Of a stretch of 64,000 nucleotides of DNA, positions 41,976-55,629 are shown in pieces. The stretch lies in the NCBI GenBank assembly GCA_951406725.2, contig OX597816.1:3410001-3474000 (forward strand), given 5' to 3'. Both the position numbers and the translations under genes were made by a program. This DNA comes from Octopus vulgaris. Taxonomy: Eukaryota. The notes beneath the pieces were generated by a model, which saw only the letters and a list, made by a program, of their open reading frames with translations, did no database searches and was not told the origin of the DNA. The stretch's first letter is position 1. Each line of letters begins with the position of its first letter.

Positions 41976-42642
41976 TGTATATATATATCTACATACATAC
42001 ACACATACATATATAAATGTCAGTTTGTTATTCTACAGAGAAGATTGAGAAGCAATGAAGTTTTGCAGTGAAAAAACTTTCCTCATTAATCAATTAATCA
42101 ATTAGCCCTATTAATGATATTTGCCCTATGGTAATGAAGAAATGCGAGTCCCACCATTCCTGCTTTGCCAACAGTTTAGCATGAAATTTCTTGCTATCAC
42201 ATTCCAATATTCGCTTCCCCAGACATTGACAGTCCTTGCAAAACAGAGTTGGCTGCTTCTGTGACACATTCCACATAGATCCCATACACATTCATTCTCC
42301 TTCTCCTCGTCCCACAAGTTCATCCCAGACACTGCAATATCTGCTTTGTTCCTCCTTTCCAGAAAATCGGTTCCCTGGAATTCACTCCTGGTCCATGTTT
42401 TCCGTACAGTTGTCAACATCCAAATGTTTGAGAGGAAATATCAAACTTTACCAATCTCTCCAGTTCTGGGGTGTCTAACTATTGGTGCTTGATAGCAGTC
42501 TAAATAAAGTCAAACAGCTACACGCATTCATACACACACACACACACACGTACATATATACACACATACATCTCTTTCACTCTCTCTCTACACACACATA
42601 CACATACATCTATCTCTTCTCCTCTCTCTCTAAAGACACACT

Positions 42643-42673
<31 letters not shown>

Positions 42674-42790
42674 ACAAGTAAATCAATGAGATTGAGTTAA
42701 CAATTAAGAATTTAGTTTAGAAGAAGTAATTAACCAGATCCTGTTTGTAATAACCCAAATTAGATCTGGTTTGAAACAACAACAACAACA

Positions 42791-42843
<53 letters not shown>

Positions 42844-42847
42844 TAAC

Positions 42848-42887
<40 letters not shown>

Positions 42888-43102
42888 GTTTCAAATTTTG
42901 CCACATGGGCAGCAATTTTGGGGGAGGGGGATGAGTTGATTATATTGACCCCAGTACACAACTGGTACTTATTTTATCGACCCTGAAAGGATGAAAGGCA
43001 AAGTTGGCCTTGGCAGAATTTGAACTCAGAACGTAGTGACGGGCAAACTACCACTAAGCATTTTGACCAGTTCGCTAATGATTCTGCCAGCTCACCGCCT
43101 TA

Positions 43103-43156
<54 letters not shown>

Positions 43157-43268
43157 TTAATAATAATAATAATATGAATGATGATGTAATAATTGTTTCA
43201 AATTGAGGCACGAGTCCAGCAATTTTGAGGGGGAGGTGCAAGGGGGAGGTACATTGAGTTCAATACTT

Positions 43269-43876
43269 GAGTGATACTTTATTTGAGTGATGCTTTATTT
43301 GAGTGATACTTTATTGCAGGGATGCTTTATTTGAGTGATACTTTATTGCAGGGATGCTTTATTTGAGTGATACTTTATTTGAGTGATACTTTATTTGAGG
43401 GATACTTTATTTGAGGGATACCTTATTTGAGGGATACTTTATTTGAGGGATACTATATTTGAGTGATACCTTATTTGAGTGATACTTTATTTGAGTGATA
43501 CTTTATTTGAGGGATACTTTATTTGAGGTATACCTTATTTGAGTGATACTTTATTTGAGGGATACTATATTTGAGTGATACCTTATTTGAGTGATACTTT
43601 ATTTGAGTGATACTTTATTTGAGGGATACTATATTTGAGTGATACCTTATTTGAGTGATACTTTATTTGAGGGATACTATATTTGAGGTATACCTTATTT
43701 GAGTGATACTTTATTTGAGGGATACTTTATTTGAGGGATACCTTATTTGAGTGATACTTTATTTGAGGGATACTTTATTTGAGGGATACTTTATTTGAGG
43801 GATACTATATTTGAGTGATACTTTATTTGAGGGATACTATATTTGAGTGATACTTTATTTGAGTGATACTTTATTT
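43269..43876. repeat. 16-bp minisatellite (GAG(T/G)GATAC(T/C)TTATTT), about 38 units, inside a SINE
   Basis: Direct tandem units visible; the SINE A tail lies upstream (43195-43268) and its core resumes at 43877 (gatcgaccttgaaaggatgaa). Confidence 0.92.
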
Positions 43877-46800
43877 GATCGACCTTGAAAGGATGAAGGG
43901 CAAAGTCAACCTTGGCAGAATTTGAACTCAGAACATAAAGCGCCAGAAGAAATACCACTCAGTTTGGTTGTGCAAATGATTCTGATGTGTCAAAGAGAGA
44001 TCTGATGTGTCAACATACAAGAAGCTTTTATATAGAGATAGGTGATAAGGTATCCATCAATGGGTGATCAGCCCTATTAACTTTTGGAGGGTTTCTTTCC
44101 TAAACAACACACACTGCAATCCAACAGAATACCAGTGCTCCCACCACTGGTCACAGTAAATTATGTCTCTCCTTGGTGTACGTTTAAAAAGAAATGTTTA
44201 AAACTATTGAAATTTAAGTGGTTTTTTTTTTGTAATTTGGATGGAAATACAAAGATTTGAACCTTCAGACATCAAGTCAACTTGAAATATTGTATCAGTC
44301 AGTCCTGCAGAATTTGAAAACAGAACCGGAAAATGTCAAAATAATTTCTCAATACTGCTGTCCAGTATGGCCCCAAATAAATTCAGGGTGGACGGAATTA
44401 ATCAAAACAACTCTAACCATTATCTTTGATCTTTTACTAGTTTTGGTCATTGAACTGTTGCCATGCTTCCACAGAGTTTCTGTGAGCCAAATTCACTTGC
44501 AAAGCATTAGTTGGCCCAAGGCTATAGAAGAAGACACTTGCCCAAGGTGACACACAGTGGGACTGAACCCAAGACCATGTGGTCACAAAAAGATCTTCTT
44601 AATCACACAGCCAGATTTGTACCACAAGGGGCTACACACAGAGGGGACAAACAAGGACAGACAAAGGGATTAAGTCAATTATATCGACCCCAGTGCGTAA
44701 CTGGTACTTAATTTATCAACCCCGAAAGTATGAAAGGTAAAGTCAACCTCGGCAGAATTTGAACTCAGAACGTAACGGCAGACAAAATACTGCTAAGTAT
44801 TTCACCCGATGTGCTAACGTTTCTGCCAGCTGGTCACCAACTGCATTTTATTAAAGACAAAGATGTGATGTCTACAGAATCCAGAACAGTCAGGGTCTAA
44901 GTTAACTTTATCTGCAATTTTCTAGATATCAACAACAAATTAGCAAAATTCATTGATTCTGTAGCAGAAGTTTGGCCACAATTTCCAAGAGAGAATGAAT
45001 TAAAGATTTCTTGGTAAATGGTTCACTGACAAGTTCCAGTTCTTCTACAACAAATATTGCATTGTGAAATTGAGTAAAGCAGATAAACTATAGTTTAAGA
45101 CAAGACTACAAATACCGGGATGTCAGTGAGGTCAATTGTAGGGGGAGACTAGGGTCTTGTCCAGTGTGATTGTGACATCTCATCAATTTGGCTGATATGA
45201 GCAATGAAAGACAGCTTTAGGATCTGTTTGAGACGAGAGAAGGAATCAGGATTTCATTGCAATTTTCCAGACAATTCCATGATGTTTGAAATTGTGTGTG
45301 TGTGTGTGTGCGTGTGTGTGTGTGTGTGAGTGTAGCAACTGCCATTAAAAACATAGACTAGGGGTCTGTACTCATCCATTCCACCCACAGGTAAGCACAA
45401 ATGTGGGTTCATAACCCAGGTAAGGAGTGTCGTGTTATGTATGAAATTAGTGTATTTAACATGATTTCTGAGGTCATTAATAAATAAATAAATAAATAAT
45501 GTATAAAAGAGAAATGGAAAAAAAATACTCAGAAAAAAATGAAATAAATTGTTTCCTACAAAAGTTTGAAACCTGAGATTTTTATGAGAAAACCAAAAAC
45601 ACCATTCATACTTTTTGTAAAGATGTGATTTTTTTGGACGATAGAAAAATATTCATAATTATAATATTTATGCCGTAACAATGTGTAATGGGGGTTAGCG
45701 ATCAGATATCAAGAAATTAGTTAATTAAAAGCACAGAATTAATTAATTGGTGGGGTTAATGGTAAAAATGTTTAAAAGCTTTCCTCAACAAGAAAATATT
45801 GATTGATAGATAAATATAGAAATGAATCTATTTTTGAAAAGATACATTTGTGCTAAATTGAAAATCTGTTTGTCCGATTCTATGAAAATAGATTTGTTTA
45901 TAAATTTATAAATATATAAATAAATGTAATTTGGTTAATAAACAACCACGTGTTAAAACAATCTATAATGATGTATTACAACAATTCTTGGTTGATAAAA
46001 ATATTTATGTATATAAATATATAAATCTATTTTAATTTTCTTAAAATGCATTTATTTATAAATAAATATTTTGGGGGCAAAAGAATTGATGAGAAAACCT
46101 ATGTTAAAATAATGCTTGAAACTTCTGTCAAAAATATGCTTATTTATTGATTTATAAATAAAAATATTTTCAACAGAAATAACCAATCTGTGCTAATTCT
46201 GTCAAAACATAAATTTATTTTGGAAAAAAACTGAAAATTTTCTTCATAAATTAGAATCTGTGAAAGGAAAAAAGAAAAGAAAGCATAGAAGAGAAAGAAA
46301 AGGAAGAAAGAAGGAGGGAGATATTAAGTTTGGTTCAATAAATAAATAGGAAATTTGAATTGAGAGAAAAATTTCATTGCTTTTTGTTTTCAAAAATTGA
46401 ATTCCAATTACAGTTGTTAAGAATTCCTTGGATTTGATCCTTGCAATTCTAGTTCAGTATTATCAATATGGAACTTCAGATCATAGTGAAAAACTACAAG
46501 AAAATCTCCAAAGAAACTGTATTGAAAAGTGAAGTTCGTTATAACTAATTTCCTCTATTATAATATATTTTAGAAATTGAACATTTAAAGCTGGGAATTC
46601 TATAAAAGTGTGATATCATAGCATTTTAGACAATATCTCTATTATTTGATAAATATAATATTATATTTAATAACTATAATATTACATAACAGTAGATCTC
46701 TGAAATTCACCGATTCCTCTGCAGATTGAAAACAATGATGAATTCTTCATTGATTTTTGACCCTTATTTGAGTCTCTTCAGGTTTCTGCATCACTTGACC

Positions 46801-47026
46801 AATTCCAGAGAAAGAAGTGACCTAATCTATTTAGACACACATCAAACCTAGCATCTCCAGAGAGCTGGGGGCGACTAATCTGCATAGCATAAGCGTTTAA
46901 CACTTTCATATATATACACATGCATGTATATACATATACATACATGCATGTTTGTTTATTTATCTATCTATCTACATGCATGTGTGTGTATATATATATA
47001 TATATATATACACACACATGCATGTG

Positions 47027-47083
<57 letters not shown>

Positions 47084-47126
47084 ATGTGTGTATATAAATA
47101 TATATATATATATATATACATGTATA

Positions 47127-47161
<35 letters not shown>

Positions 47162-47197
47162 CTGTAAATGTAATATGTGACAATTATTCGTTAGCCA

Positions 47198-47260
47198 AGA
47201 TAAAACTCTGAGTTTCGGATACTGAGGTGGAAATCCACACCGTCATCTCGTCAGTTATCC
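47198..47260 (-). ncRNA. Type-I hammerhead ribozyme (family 4) downstream of the ASB stop codon
   Basis: GGAUAA-CUGACGA-GAUG..GUGGauuuCCAC..UAUCc-GAAA-CUCaGAG-UU-UUAUCU: 6-bp stem I, near-palindromic helix III. Confidence 0.72.
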
Positions 47261-47321
47261 TGCAAGTTATTTATATACATGGGTGTATATAAATATATAT
47301 ATCTACACACACACATATATG

Positions 47322-47369
<48 letters not shown>

Positions 47370-47432
47370 CCCAAAATTCTAAAACTACATTCAGAAACAA
47401 ACAGAATAATAGTGTAAAAAATTTAAAATAAG

Positions 47433-48556
47433 TTAATAAACTTGCTGAAGGAAATCTTTCATGGCATTTGGTAGCGGCAGTTTTTGAATAGCGGAAGAGA
47501 TGCATCCTGTAAATGAAAGATAGCGTCTGATTGCCACTTTACAGGCAAAGATCAAGCGCTGTTGTAACTGGAATTGCTCCAATAGCCAAGTAATAATTTC
47601 AGTGTTTTCTCCCGATTCGGAACACAACGTCGCAGACTGGATCCATCCGGGATCTATTGGACTCCCAACAGACACCAGACTCTTCATAACATTCTGTTCT
47701 TTGCAGAGATCAAGTGGAGTTAGTCCTTCAAAGTTAGACAGGCATACATTGGCACCAGCATCAATCAAGCAGTGAATGATGTCGATGTTGCTACCACGGA
47801 ATTTTACACAAAGATTCTGAAAACTGAGGGTAGGGATTCTTCGCTTTCTCTTGTACAAGTCTTCAGAAGTGGACAATACAACAAAGACTTTCTCGCGCCG
47901 GAAACGTGAGCATGCTAAGTGCATGATACCATCCCCACCGTAATCAAGAAGCTGGACATTGGCTCGGCGTGACAACAACAACTGTACCATTTCTATGTGA
48001 TTGTACATCACAGCACCAAATAATGGACTCCAACCGTATTTGTCTTGATGGTCAATATTGGATCCAAGCCTGATGAGGGTGTCAGCGATGTCAAGTAAAT
48101 TCCGTTCTGCAGCAAAATGAAGAGCTATTCTGTTGACAAAATCTTCATGGTTTAAATTGGCGCCATATGAAACGAGTAACTTGGTAATTTCTGAATTACC
48201 ATAAATAGCAGAATAAGTGAGAGGCGTCATACCATTACCATCTTGGGCTTCTATAACAGCGCCATGAACCAGAAGCTTCAGTACAATATTATACATGTTT
48301 TTAAAGACAGCAGTGTGAAGAGGATGGCGAAACCATGCGTTCCGTTCAGCTTTATTGGTGTTGGCACCAGAAGAAATTAAGTAACTTGCAATATGTTCTT
48401 GGCCTTGTTCCATTGCATGAATTAACGGTGTTTTTACTAACAGAATGATGCAGTCAATGTTTACTCCATTATTGACCAGTTTTTGGACTTGTACCAAATT
48501 GCCAGATTCTATGGCACCGACCAGGTGGAACTGCAATTCTTTTTGCTTGCATTTAG
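47433..48556 (-). CDS. Ankyrin repeat and SOCS box protein (ASB-like), last coding exon
   Basis: Multiple ankyrin repeats (KTPLIHAMEQGQEHIASYLISSGANTN, GMTPLTYSAIYGNSEITKLLVSYGANLN, GWSPLFGAVMYNHIEMVQLLLSRRANV) and a C-terminal SOCS box (RLIFACKVAIRRYL...IQKLPLPNAMKDFL). Acceptor ttttatgtttcag|CT at 48557/48556. The ORF-track N-terminus (48557-48875) is intron plus SINE sequence. Confidence 0.92.
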
Positions 48557-49399
48557 CTGAAACATAAAAATACCAAAATGTTATTCGAACGAACACCATT
48601 ATCAAATCAGACCAGTAAAGACATACAGACAGAAAGGAAAACATACGAGGCAACAATAGCATGGCTGTGGAGGTAAGAAGTACGCTTTCCAGCCATGTGG
48701 TTTGGGGTTCAGTCCCACTGCATGGCACACTCAAGCAAGTGTCTTTTACTATAGCCTTGGGCTGACTGAAGCTTTGAAAGAGGATCTGGCAGATGGAAAC
48801 CAGATGATACCTATCATATGTATGTATATATATATATATATATAAAATACAAAATGGGACAAGAACACAAAACATCCAGATAGACGATACAAAGAAAACA
48901 AGGACGGGTCATTCACACACACACACATATATATATATATATGGCACGTAAAAACCACCATCCAATCGTGGCCATTTGCCAGCCTCGTCTGGCCCCTGTG
49001 CCGGTGGCACGTAAAAAGCACCCACTACACTCTCTGAGTGGTTGGCGTTAGGAAGGGCATCCAGCTGTAGAAACACTGCCAGATCAGACTGGAGCCTGAC
49101 GCAGCCTCCTGGCTTTCCAGATCCCTGGTCGAACCGTCCAACCCATGCTAGCATGGAAGGCGGACACTAAATGATGATGATGATGATGATGATGATGATT
49201 GTGATATATATATATTTCTTTTATTTGTTTCAGTCATTTGACTGTGGCCATGCTGGAGCACCACCTATAGTCAGGCAAACTGACACCAAGAATTATTCTT
49301 TGTAAGCCTAGTACTTATATTGGCCTCATCTGCTGAACCGCTAAGTTACGGGGATGTAAACACACCAACATTGGTTGTCAAGCGATGGTGGACAAACAT

Positions 49400-49436
<37 letters not shown>

Positions 49437-51534
49437 TATATATATATATATTTAATTATCATCATCATCGTTTAACGTCCGCTTTCTATGCTAGCATGGG
49501 TTGGACGATTTTGACTGAGGGCTGGTGAACCAGATGGCTGCACCAGGCTTCAATCTTGATCTGGCAAGGTTTCTACCGCTGGATGCCCTTCTTAACACCA
49601 ACAACTCCGAGAGTGTAGTGAGTGCTTTTTACGTGCCACTGGCACAGCGTGGTGTGTCTGTCTTTGTGTCTGTGCTTGTCCCCCCAATACTACTTGATAA
49701 CTGGTGTTGGTGTGTTTACAACCCTGTAACTTAATGGTTCAGCAAAAGAAACCAATATAATAAGTGCCGGACTTGAAAAAGAGTACTGCTTGAGTGGTAT
49801 AATCCTCCTCCTCCATTTCATCATCATCATCATCATCATCATTCTAGCATCCGCTTTTCCATGTTGGCATGGATCAAATGGAATTTGTTGTGGCAGCTTT
49901 TATAAAGCTGGATGACCCTCCTGTCACCCTCACCTGTTTCCAAGCAACATTATATTTCCCCTCCAGGGCCAGACATGTTTTTCACAGAATTTTAGAAATG
50001 AATGACACTGCTTGTATGACAGTGGCACTCATTTACAACCATCACATGATGTCAAGACAAGGGGACACAAAGGCACACACATGCACATTGGGTCTTCTTT
50101 CAGTTTCTGTCTACCAAATCTATTCACAAGGCTTTGTCAGCTTGAAGCTATAGAAGACACTTGCCCAAGGTGCTAGGGAATGGGATTGAACCCAGAACCA
50201 TGTGGTTAGCCACTCAGCCATTCTTGTGCTTATACACACACACACACACCTCTGATACAAATACTTGAAGGGTTCACTAATCAACTGAGATTAACCAAGT
50301 AATTAATAGACAGAAGCACACACACACACACACGGATATATATACATATAAACGGTGGACTACTTTCAGTTTCTGTCTACCAAATCCACTGATGAGGCTT
50401 TGGTTGCCCGGGGCTACAGCAGAAGGCACTTGCTCAAAGTTCCACACAACAGGGCAGAATCCGAACCCATGTGGTTCTTAAGCAAGTTTCTTAACCACAC
50501 AGCCAAGCCAATAGTAATTAAGAAAAAGAGGCTAATGATGAAGTTACAGCTAAAACAATAATGAATTATGATGACTTACAAAGCAAGGTTAATGATACAA
50601 AAGATTGATGATTAAAATTAAAATTTAGGATCATTCAAACCATTTAAATATTTAGAAAATTGATGACTAATAGAAATTTGGTGAAAAAAAACTTTCTAAA
50701 ATAATGATGTCATATTTTCGAACCAGGCTAAGAAAGATGTCGGCAAAAGAATATTACATTCCAGTGAAATACTGTAATATATTGAGCCCCAAGAAGGGGG
50801 AAGACTACGTCTATCTCAAGGAGAATTTGAAACCAAACCTAAGAGAGATGAGATGAAATATAGTAAGACATTTCATCATCATCATCATCATTTAATGTCC
50901 ACTTTTATGCAAGCACGGGTTGGACGATTTTGACTGAGGGCTGGTGAACCAGATGGCTGCACCAGGCTCCAATCTTGATATGGCAGAGTTTCTACAGCTG
51001 GATGCCCTTCCTAACGCCAACCACTTCGAGAGTGTAGTGGGTGCGTTTTACGTGCCACCAGCACAGGGGCCAGTCAGGCGGTACTGGCAATGACCTCGCT
51101 CGAAACTTTTTACACATGCCACCGGCACAGGTGCCAGTAAGGTGACGTTAGTAACGATCACGCTCGAATGGTGCCCTTTTACATGCCACCGGCATGGAGG
51201 CCAGTTGGCTGCTTTGGATTTAACCTATGGAGCCCACAGCTTAGTGGTTAGGATGTTGAACTCATGATTGTAAGATTGTGGTTTCAATTCTAGGACTGCA
51301 TTGTCTTCTTGAGCAAGACACTTCATTTCACATTGTTGCAGTCAACTCAGCTGGTCAGAATGAGGAACCTTGTGATGGTCCAGGGTCCTGTCCAGGGAGG
51401 AACATGTATATACATTAGAGAAACTGGGAAACTGACCCTAGGCTCCTTACAGAGTGATGTGGCCTAACCATTTATTTAGTCTGGTTCCTTCTCCATTTAA
51501 CCAATATAATTAACAATTAATTAGGTGAACTTAC

Positions 51535-51712
51535 AAGAATGGGTTTTAAAACAGGAAACTTTAGATTGCGAGGACGTGTCCTGGTTGTTTTCACCATCAC
51601 TGATGCTGGAAAATGAGGGAGAACATTGCACTTGGTTACCATTGTGGAAAGATGTGGGAAGTGGTGGTGGTGGCGGTGGAGGCTGAGGTATCATAGAATA
51701 TGGGTTTGCCAT
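51535..51712 (-). CDS. First coding exon of the ASB-like gene (MANPYSMIPQPPPPPPPLPTSF...)
   Basis: Upstream acceptor ttttttctacag| at 51729/51728, ATG at 51712 in gaaATGG context, donor T|GTAAGT at 51535/51534. The phase-1 end joins the phase-1 start of the next exon (T+CT = Ser), giving an open 433-aa protein. Confidence 0.8.
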
Positions 51713-52364
51713 TTCAATTCTTTAGTATCTGTAGAAAAAAGCAAAAATAAGCAAAATAAAAAAAAAAATGAAGTACAAAATTAAACAAACATATATTAAA
51801 ATAAAACAAATTTGAAAATAATTCTTCAGGTTTTTCGTTAAGGAGTTCCCAATGTTCAATGTTGCCTGTCTTTGAAACAACACAGACATACATTCTAATT
51901 AGGGAATTAACAAATGGATCCTTATAGGTGCCCTTCCTCAAACAAAAGGACATATTCAACATTTGAAGTCCTGTTTTTGAGATACTAACAACAATAACAA
52001 CAAGCATTTCAAATTAACTTTCCCAGCTAAAATAAGGGTTAACCTTGCAGGGTTCACAACAGGCTTCTCCATTGTGTTGTACCCTTAACATCATCCCACT
52101 CTGCTTCCCTTCCATTTAACCCCTTCTTTTATCTTTCCTCAGCACATGACTCAACCACCTCATCCCATTTCTCTTCTCAAAATTCAGTTCTTGTTCTTTT
52201 CCCATGATTCCAAGCAATTCAATTCATCTTCCCCCACTCCCCACTCACTCATATTCTACACATCCACCAAACCAATCTCATTTCCATTCCAGCACACCCT
52301 TTTACCCTTCTCCATCACTCTACTGAATCATTACCCATGTTGTACTCCCATAAATCCTGGCACA

Positions 52365-52865
52365 ATTCATCATCATCGCTTAACGTCCGCTTTCCATGCT
52401 AGCATGGGTTGGACGATTTTGACTGAGGGCTGGCAAACCAGATGGCTGCACCATGCTCCAATCTTGATTTGGCAGAGTTTCTACAGCTTGATGCCCTTCC
52501 TAATGCCAACCACTCCGAGAGTGTAGTGGGTGCTTTTTACGTGCCACCGGCACGGGGGCCATTCAGGCAGTACTGGCAATGACCTTGCTCGAATCTTTTT
52601 ACACATGCCACCGGCACAGGTGCCAGTAAGGTGACGCTGGTAACGATCATGCTCGAATGGTGCCCTTTTACATGCCACTGGCATGGAAGCCAGTTGGCTG
52701 CTCTGGCAACAATCACGCTCGGATGGTGCTCTTGGCACCCTACTAGCACGGGAACAAGTGCCAGTAAGGCGATGCTGGTAACAATCACACTTGAATGGTA
52801 CCTTTTATGTGCCACTCTATCAACGATCACCCTCGTATGGTGCTCTTTGCACCCCGCTAGCAAGG
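52365..52865 (-). mobile_element. SINE-like family D with (ATG)n tail and internal ~60-70-bp tandem units
   Basis: Shared motif ggttggc(g/a)ttaggaagggcatc(c/a)agctgtagaaac. Other copies at about 35575-35790, 48945-49200 (opposite strand), 49460-49650, 50875-51220. Confidence 0.75.
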
Positions 52866-53325
52866 ACGCCAGACATCGTATTCATATATACAACAAACCC
52901 CTTTAACTTCCAGTTTCCTCAAACTCCTTCCATAGACATCTCACTCACTCAAGTCACCACTCAACCTGTCTCCTAGCTAACACCTACCGTTTTCATGCCA
53001 TTTCCAAGAACCGTCACAACACCCTCTCCATACACGTCCCACATCAGTCCAAAACCCCTCTCAGACCATCACAGTTTCTTTGAACCCACCCACCACATTT
53101 TCTTTTATTCTTTTACTTGTTTTTTAGTTGAAGAAATCGAACCCAGGACTTATTCCTTTGCAGGCCTAGAACTTATTTTATCCATCCCCTTTGCTGAACA
53201 GCTAAGTTATGGGGATGTAAACACACCAATACCAGTTGTCAATCAATGGTTGGGAGACAAACACAGACACACAAATACATAATTCATATATATACATACA
53301 CACACACACATATATATATATACAC

Positions 53326-53371
<46 letters not shown>

Positions 53372-54252
53372 GTATGCGTGTGTATGTGTTTGTGTGTCTG
53401 TGTTTGTTCCCCCACCATCGCTTGACAACCGATGCTGGTGTGTTTACGTCCCCGTAACTTAGCGGTTCGGCAAAACAGACCGATAGAATAAGTACTAGGC
53501 TAACAAAGAATAAGTCCTGGGGTCGATTTGCGCGATTAAAGGCGGTGCTCCAGCATGGCCGCAGTCAAATGACTGAAACAAGTAAAAGAGTAAACAAACG
53601 TGATGCTATGAAGTTAAGGCCGCTTGTATCGCCGAAAAATAACTTAGAAAGCTATACAAGAGTCGTCTCCCCTACCAAGTCATCGGAATTAAAGAGAAGG
53701 CAAGAAATTTGGTTTGGTTCGCAGAATTGGAATCTAACCAAAATGTACAGCTGTTTGGGTTCTTTACTACGTCTTCAGTTTTTATGCTTGTCCTCAATAT
53801 TTCTTTATTTTAACTACGAATAAAAAACCCCTCAAAACAGAAGAATATGAGAGTGTCTCGTTCGCGATGAAGTGATTGAAATATTTCACACAAATTTTTT
53901 AGTTTCTTGAAGTCATGAAGCATTAAATAATTGAAATCTTGAAATACATTTCTCCAAGAATATAGGGGGCGATTGGAGAGAGAGAGAGAGAGAAGAGAGA
54001 GGGGGGTTCTGAACAGGCGCCAGAATATATTTTGTCACAGTTTCCTTTAAGTTTTACTGAATTAGGTGCAGCCATGGCTGTGTGGTAAAGAAGCCCTCTT
54101 TGCAACTGTATGGTCCTGGGTTCAGTCTCACTGTGTAGAACCTTCGGCAAATGTCTTCTACTATAATTCCGGGCCAGCCAATGCCTTCAAAGGGAATTTA
54201 GTAGAAGGAAATTGTGTGTATGTGTGTGTGTATATATATATTTATATATATA

Positions 54253-54632
54253 TCTTTATATATACAAGAGAGGTTGTGTGGTGTCTGTCTCCTACGATTT
54301 AGATTCCTAACTACTCCCACATTTTGCGGTGCAGTTTAACCAAAACCGGGTATCTTATAGTCGTGATTCATACCGAGCCCTTCTGGGTATTAGCGCGCGT
54401 CTACGATGAGTCTAGGATTTAAAAAAAAATTACCATCATTTTATTCCATTTTTTTCGCTATTATATAAGGGAAGTAACTATCTAAAAATGTCTACGATGA
54501 GTCAACGATTTAAAAAAAAAATTACCATCATTTTTTTCCCATTTTTAATGCATCTTTTTGCTATAACTCTCTAAAAATGCTTATATAGTTATTTCCCTTA
54601 CAAATCCGAGCAACGCCGGGCGATACTGCTAG
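54253..54632 (+). mobile_element. Non-autonomous Helitron
   Basis: A|TC 5' end; subterminal hairpin tccgagcaacgccggg; 3' end CTAG|T; no TSD. Confidence 0.8.
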
Positions 54633-55629
54633 TATATATATAAGATCAGCAACAATTTAGATTCAAATGAATATGGTACTTAATTTAGATGCACCAGAAT
54701 TTTGTATGGGTATATATATACCCATACAAAATTATATATATATATATATATATATAAGTTTTAATTCATTTTCTTTCTTTTGCTAGCCTGGGCGGTTTGA
54801 CTGAAGGCTGGCAAGTCGGGATTTCGCTCCAGGCTCCAATCTGATGTGGCAATCCAATCAACGGAACAGTCTGTTCGTGAAATTAACGTGCAAGCGGCTG
54901 AGCACTCCACAGACACGTGTACCCTTTACGTAGTTCTCGGGGAGATTCAGTTTGACACAGAGTGTGACAAGGCTGGCTCCTTTGAAATACAGGTGCAACA
55001 GAAAGAGGAAGAAAGAGTGAGAGGAAGGTGTGGTGAAAGAGCACAGCAGGGTTCGTCACCCCCACCTGCTGGAGCCTTGCAGAGCTTTAGGTGTTTTCGC
55101 TCAATAAACACTCACGACACCTGGAACCGAAACCGCGATCCTATGACTGCGAGTCCGCTGCCCTAACCACTGGGCCATTGCACCTGCACAATAGAAGCAC
55201 TCTGTCGGTTGCGACGACGAAGGTCTCAGCTGATCCGATCAACAGAACAGCCTGCTCATTTATTAACATGCAAGTGGCTGAGCACTCCACAGACACGTGT
55301 ACCCTTAATGTAGTTCTGAGGGAGATTCAGAGTGACACAGAGTTTGACAAGGCCGGCCCTTTGAAATCCAGGTACAACTTATTTTTGCCAGCTGAGTGGA
55401 CTGGAGCAACATGAAATAAAGTTTCTTGCTCAAGAACACAATACGTCGCTGGGAATTGAACTCACGACTTTATGATCGTGAGCCGAATGCCCTAACCACT
55501 AAGCTATGTACCTTGAGAGACATCATGGAGTGAGGGCGGGGTTAGTCAATTTAATTGGTTTTAGTGTTTGACTGTTTCTTACCTTATTGACATCAAAACT
55601 GTAAAATGGAAATTTAACCTTGACGGGAT

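Noticed and set aside
42094-42480. Cys-containing ORFs that might be an exon or a transposase zinc ribbon
   Set aside because: Stops in the candidate frames, no convincing splice sites and no motif I can confidently assign.
43269-43876. CRISPR-like array
   Set aside because: Contiguous 16-bp units without unique spacers, no cas genes, eukaryotic context.
48557-48875. N-terminal part of the 480-aa ORF as protein-coding
   Set aside because: It consists of (TA)n and a SINE B head upstream of a clear splice acceptor, so it is intronic.
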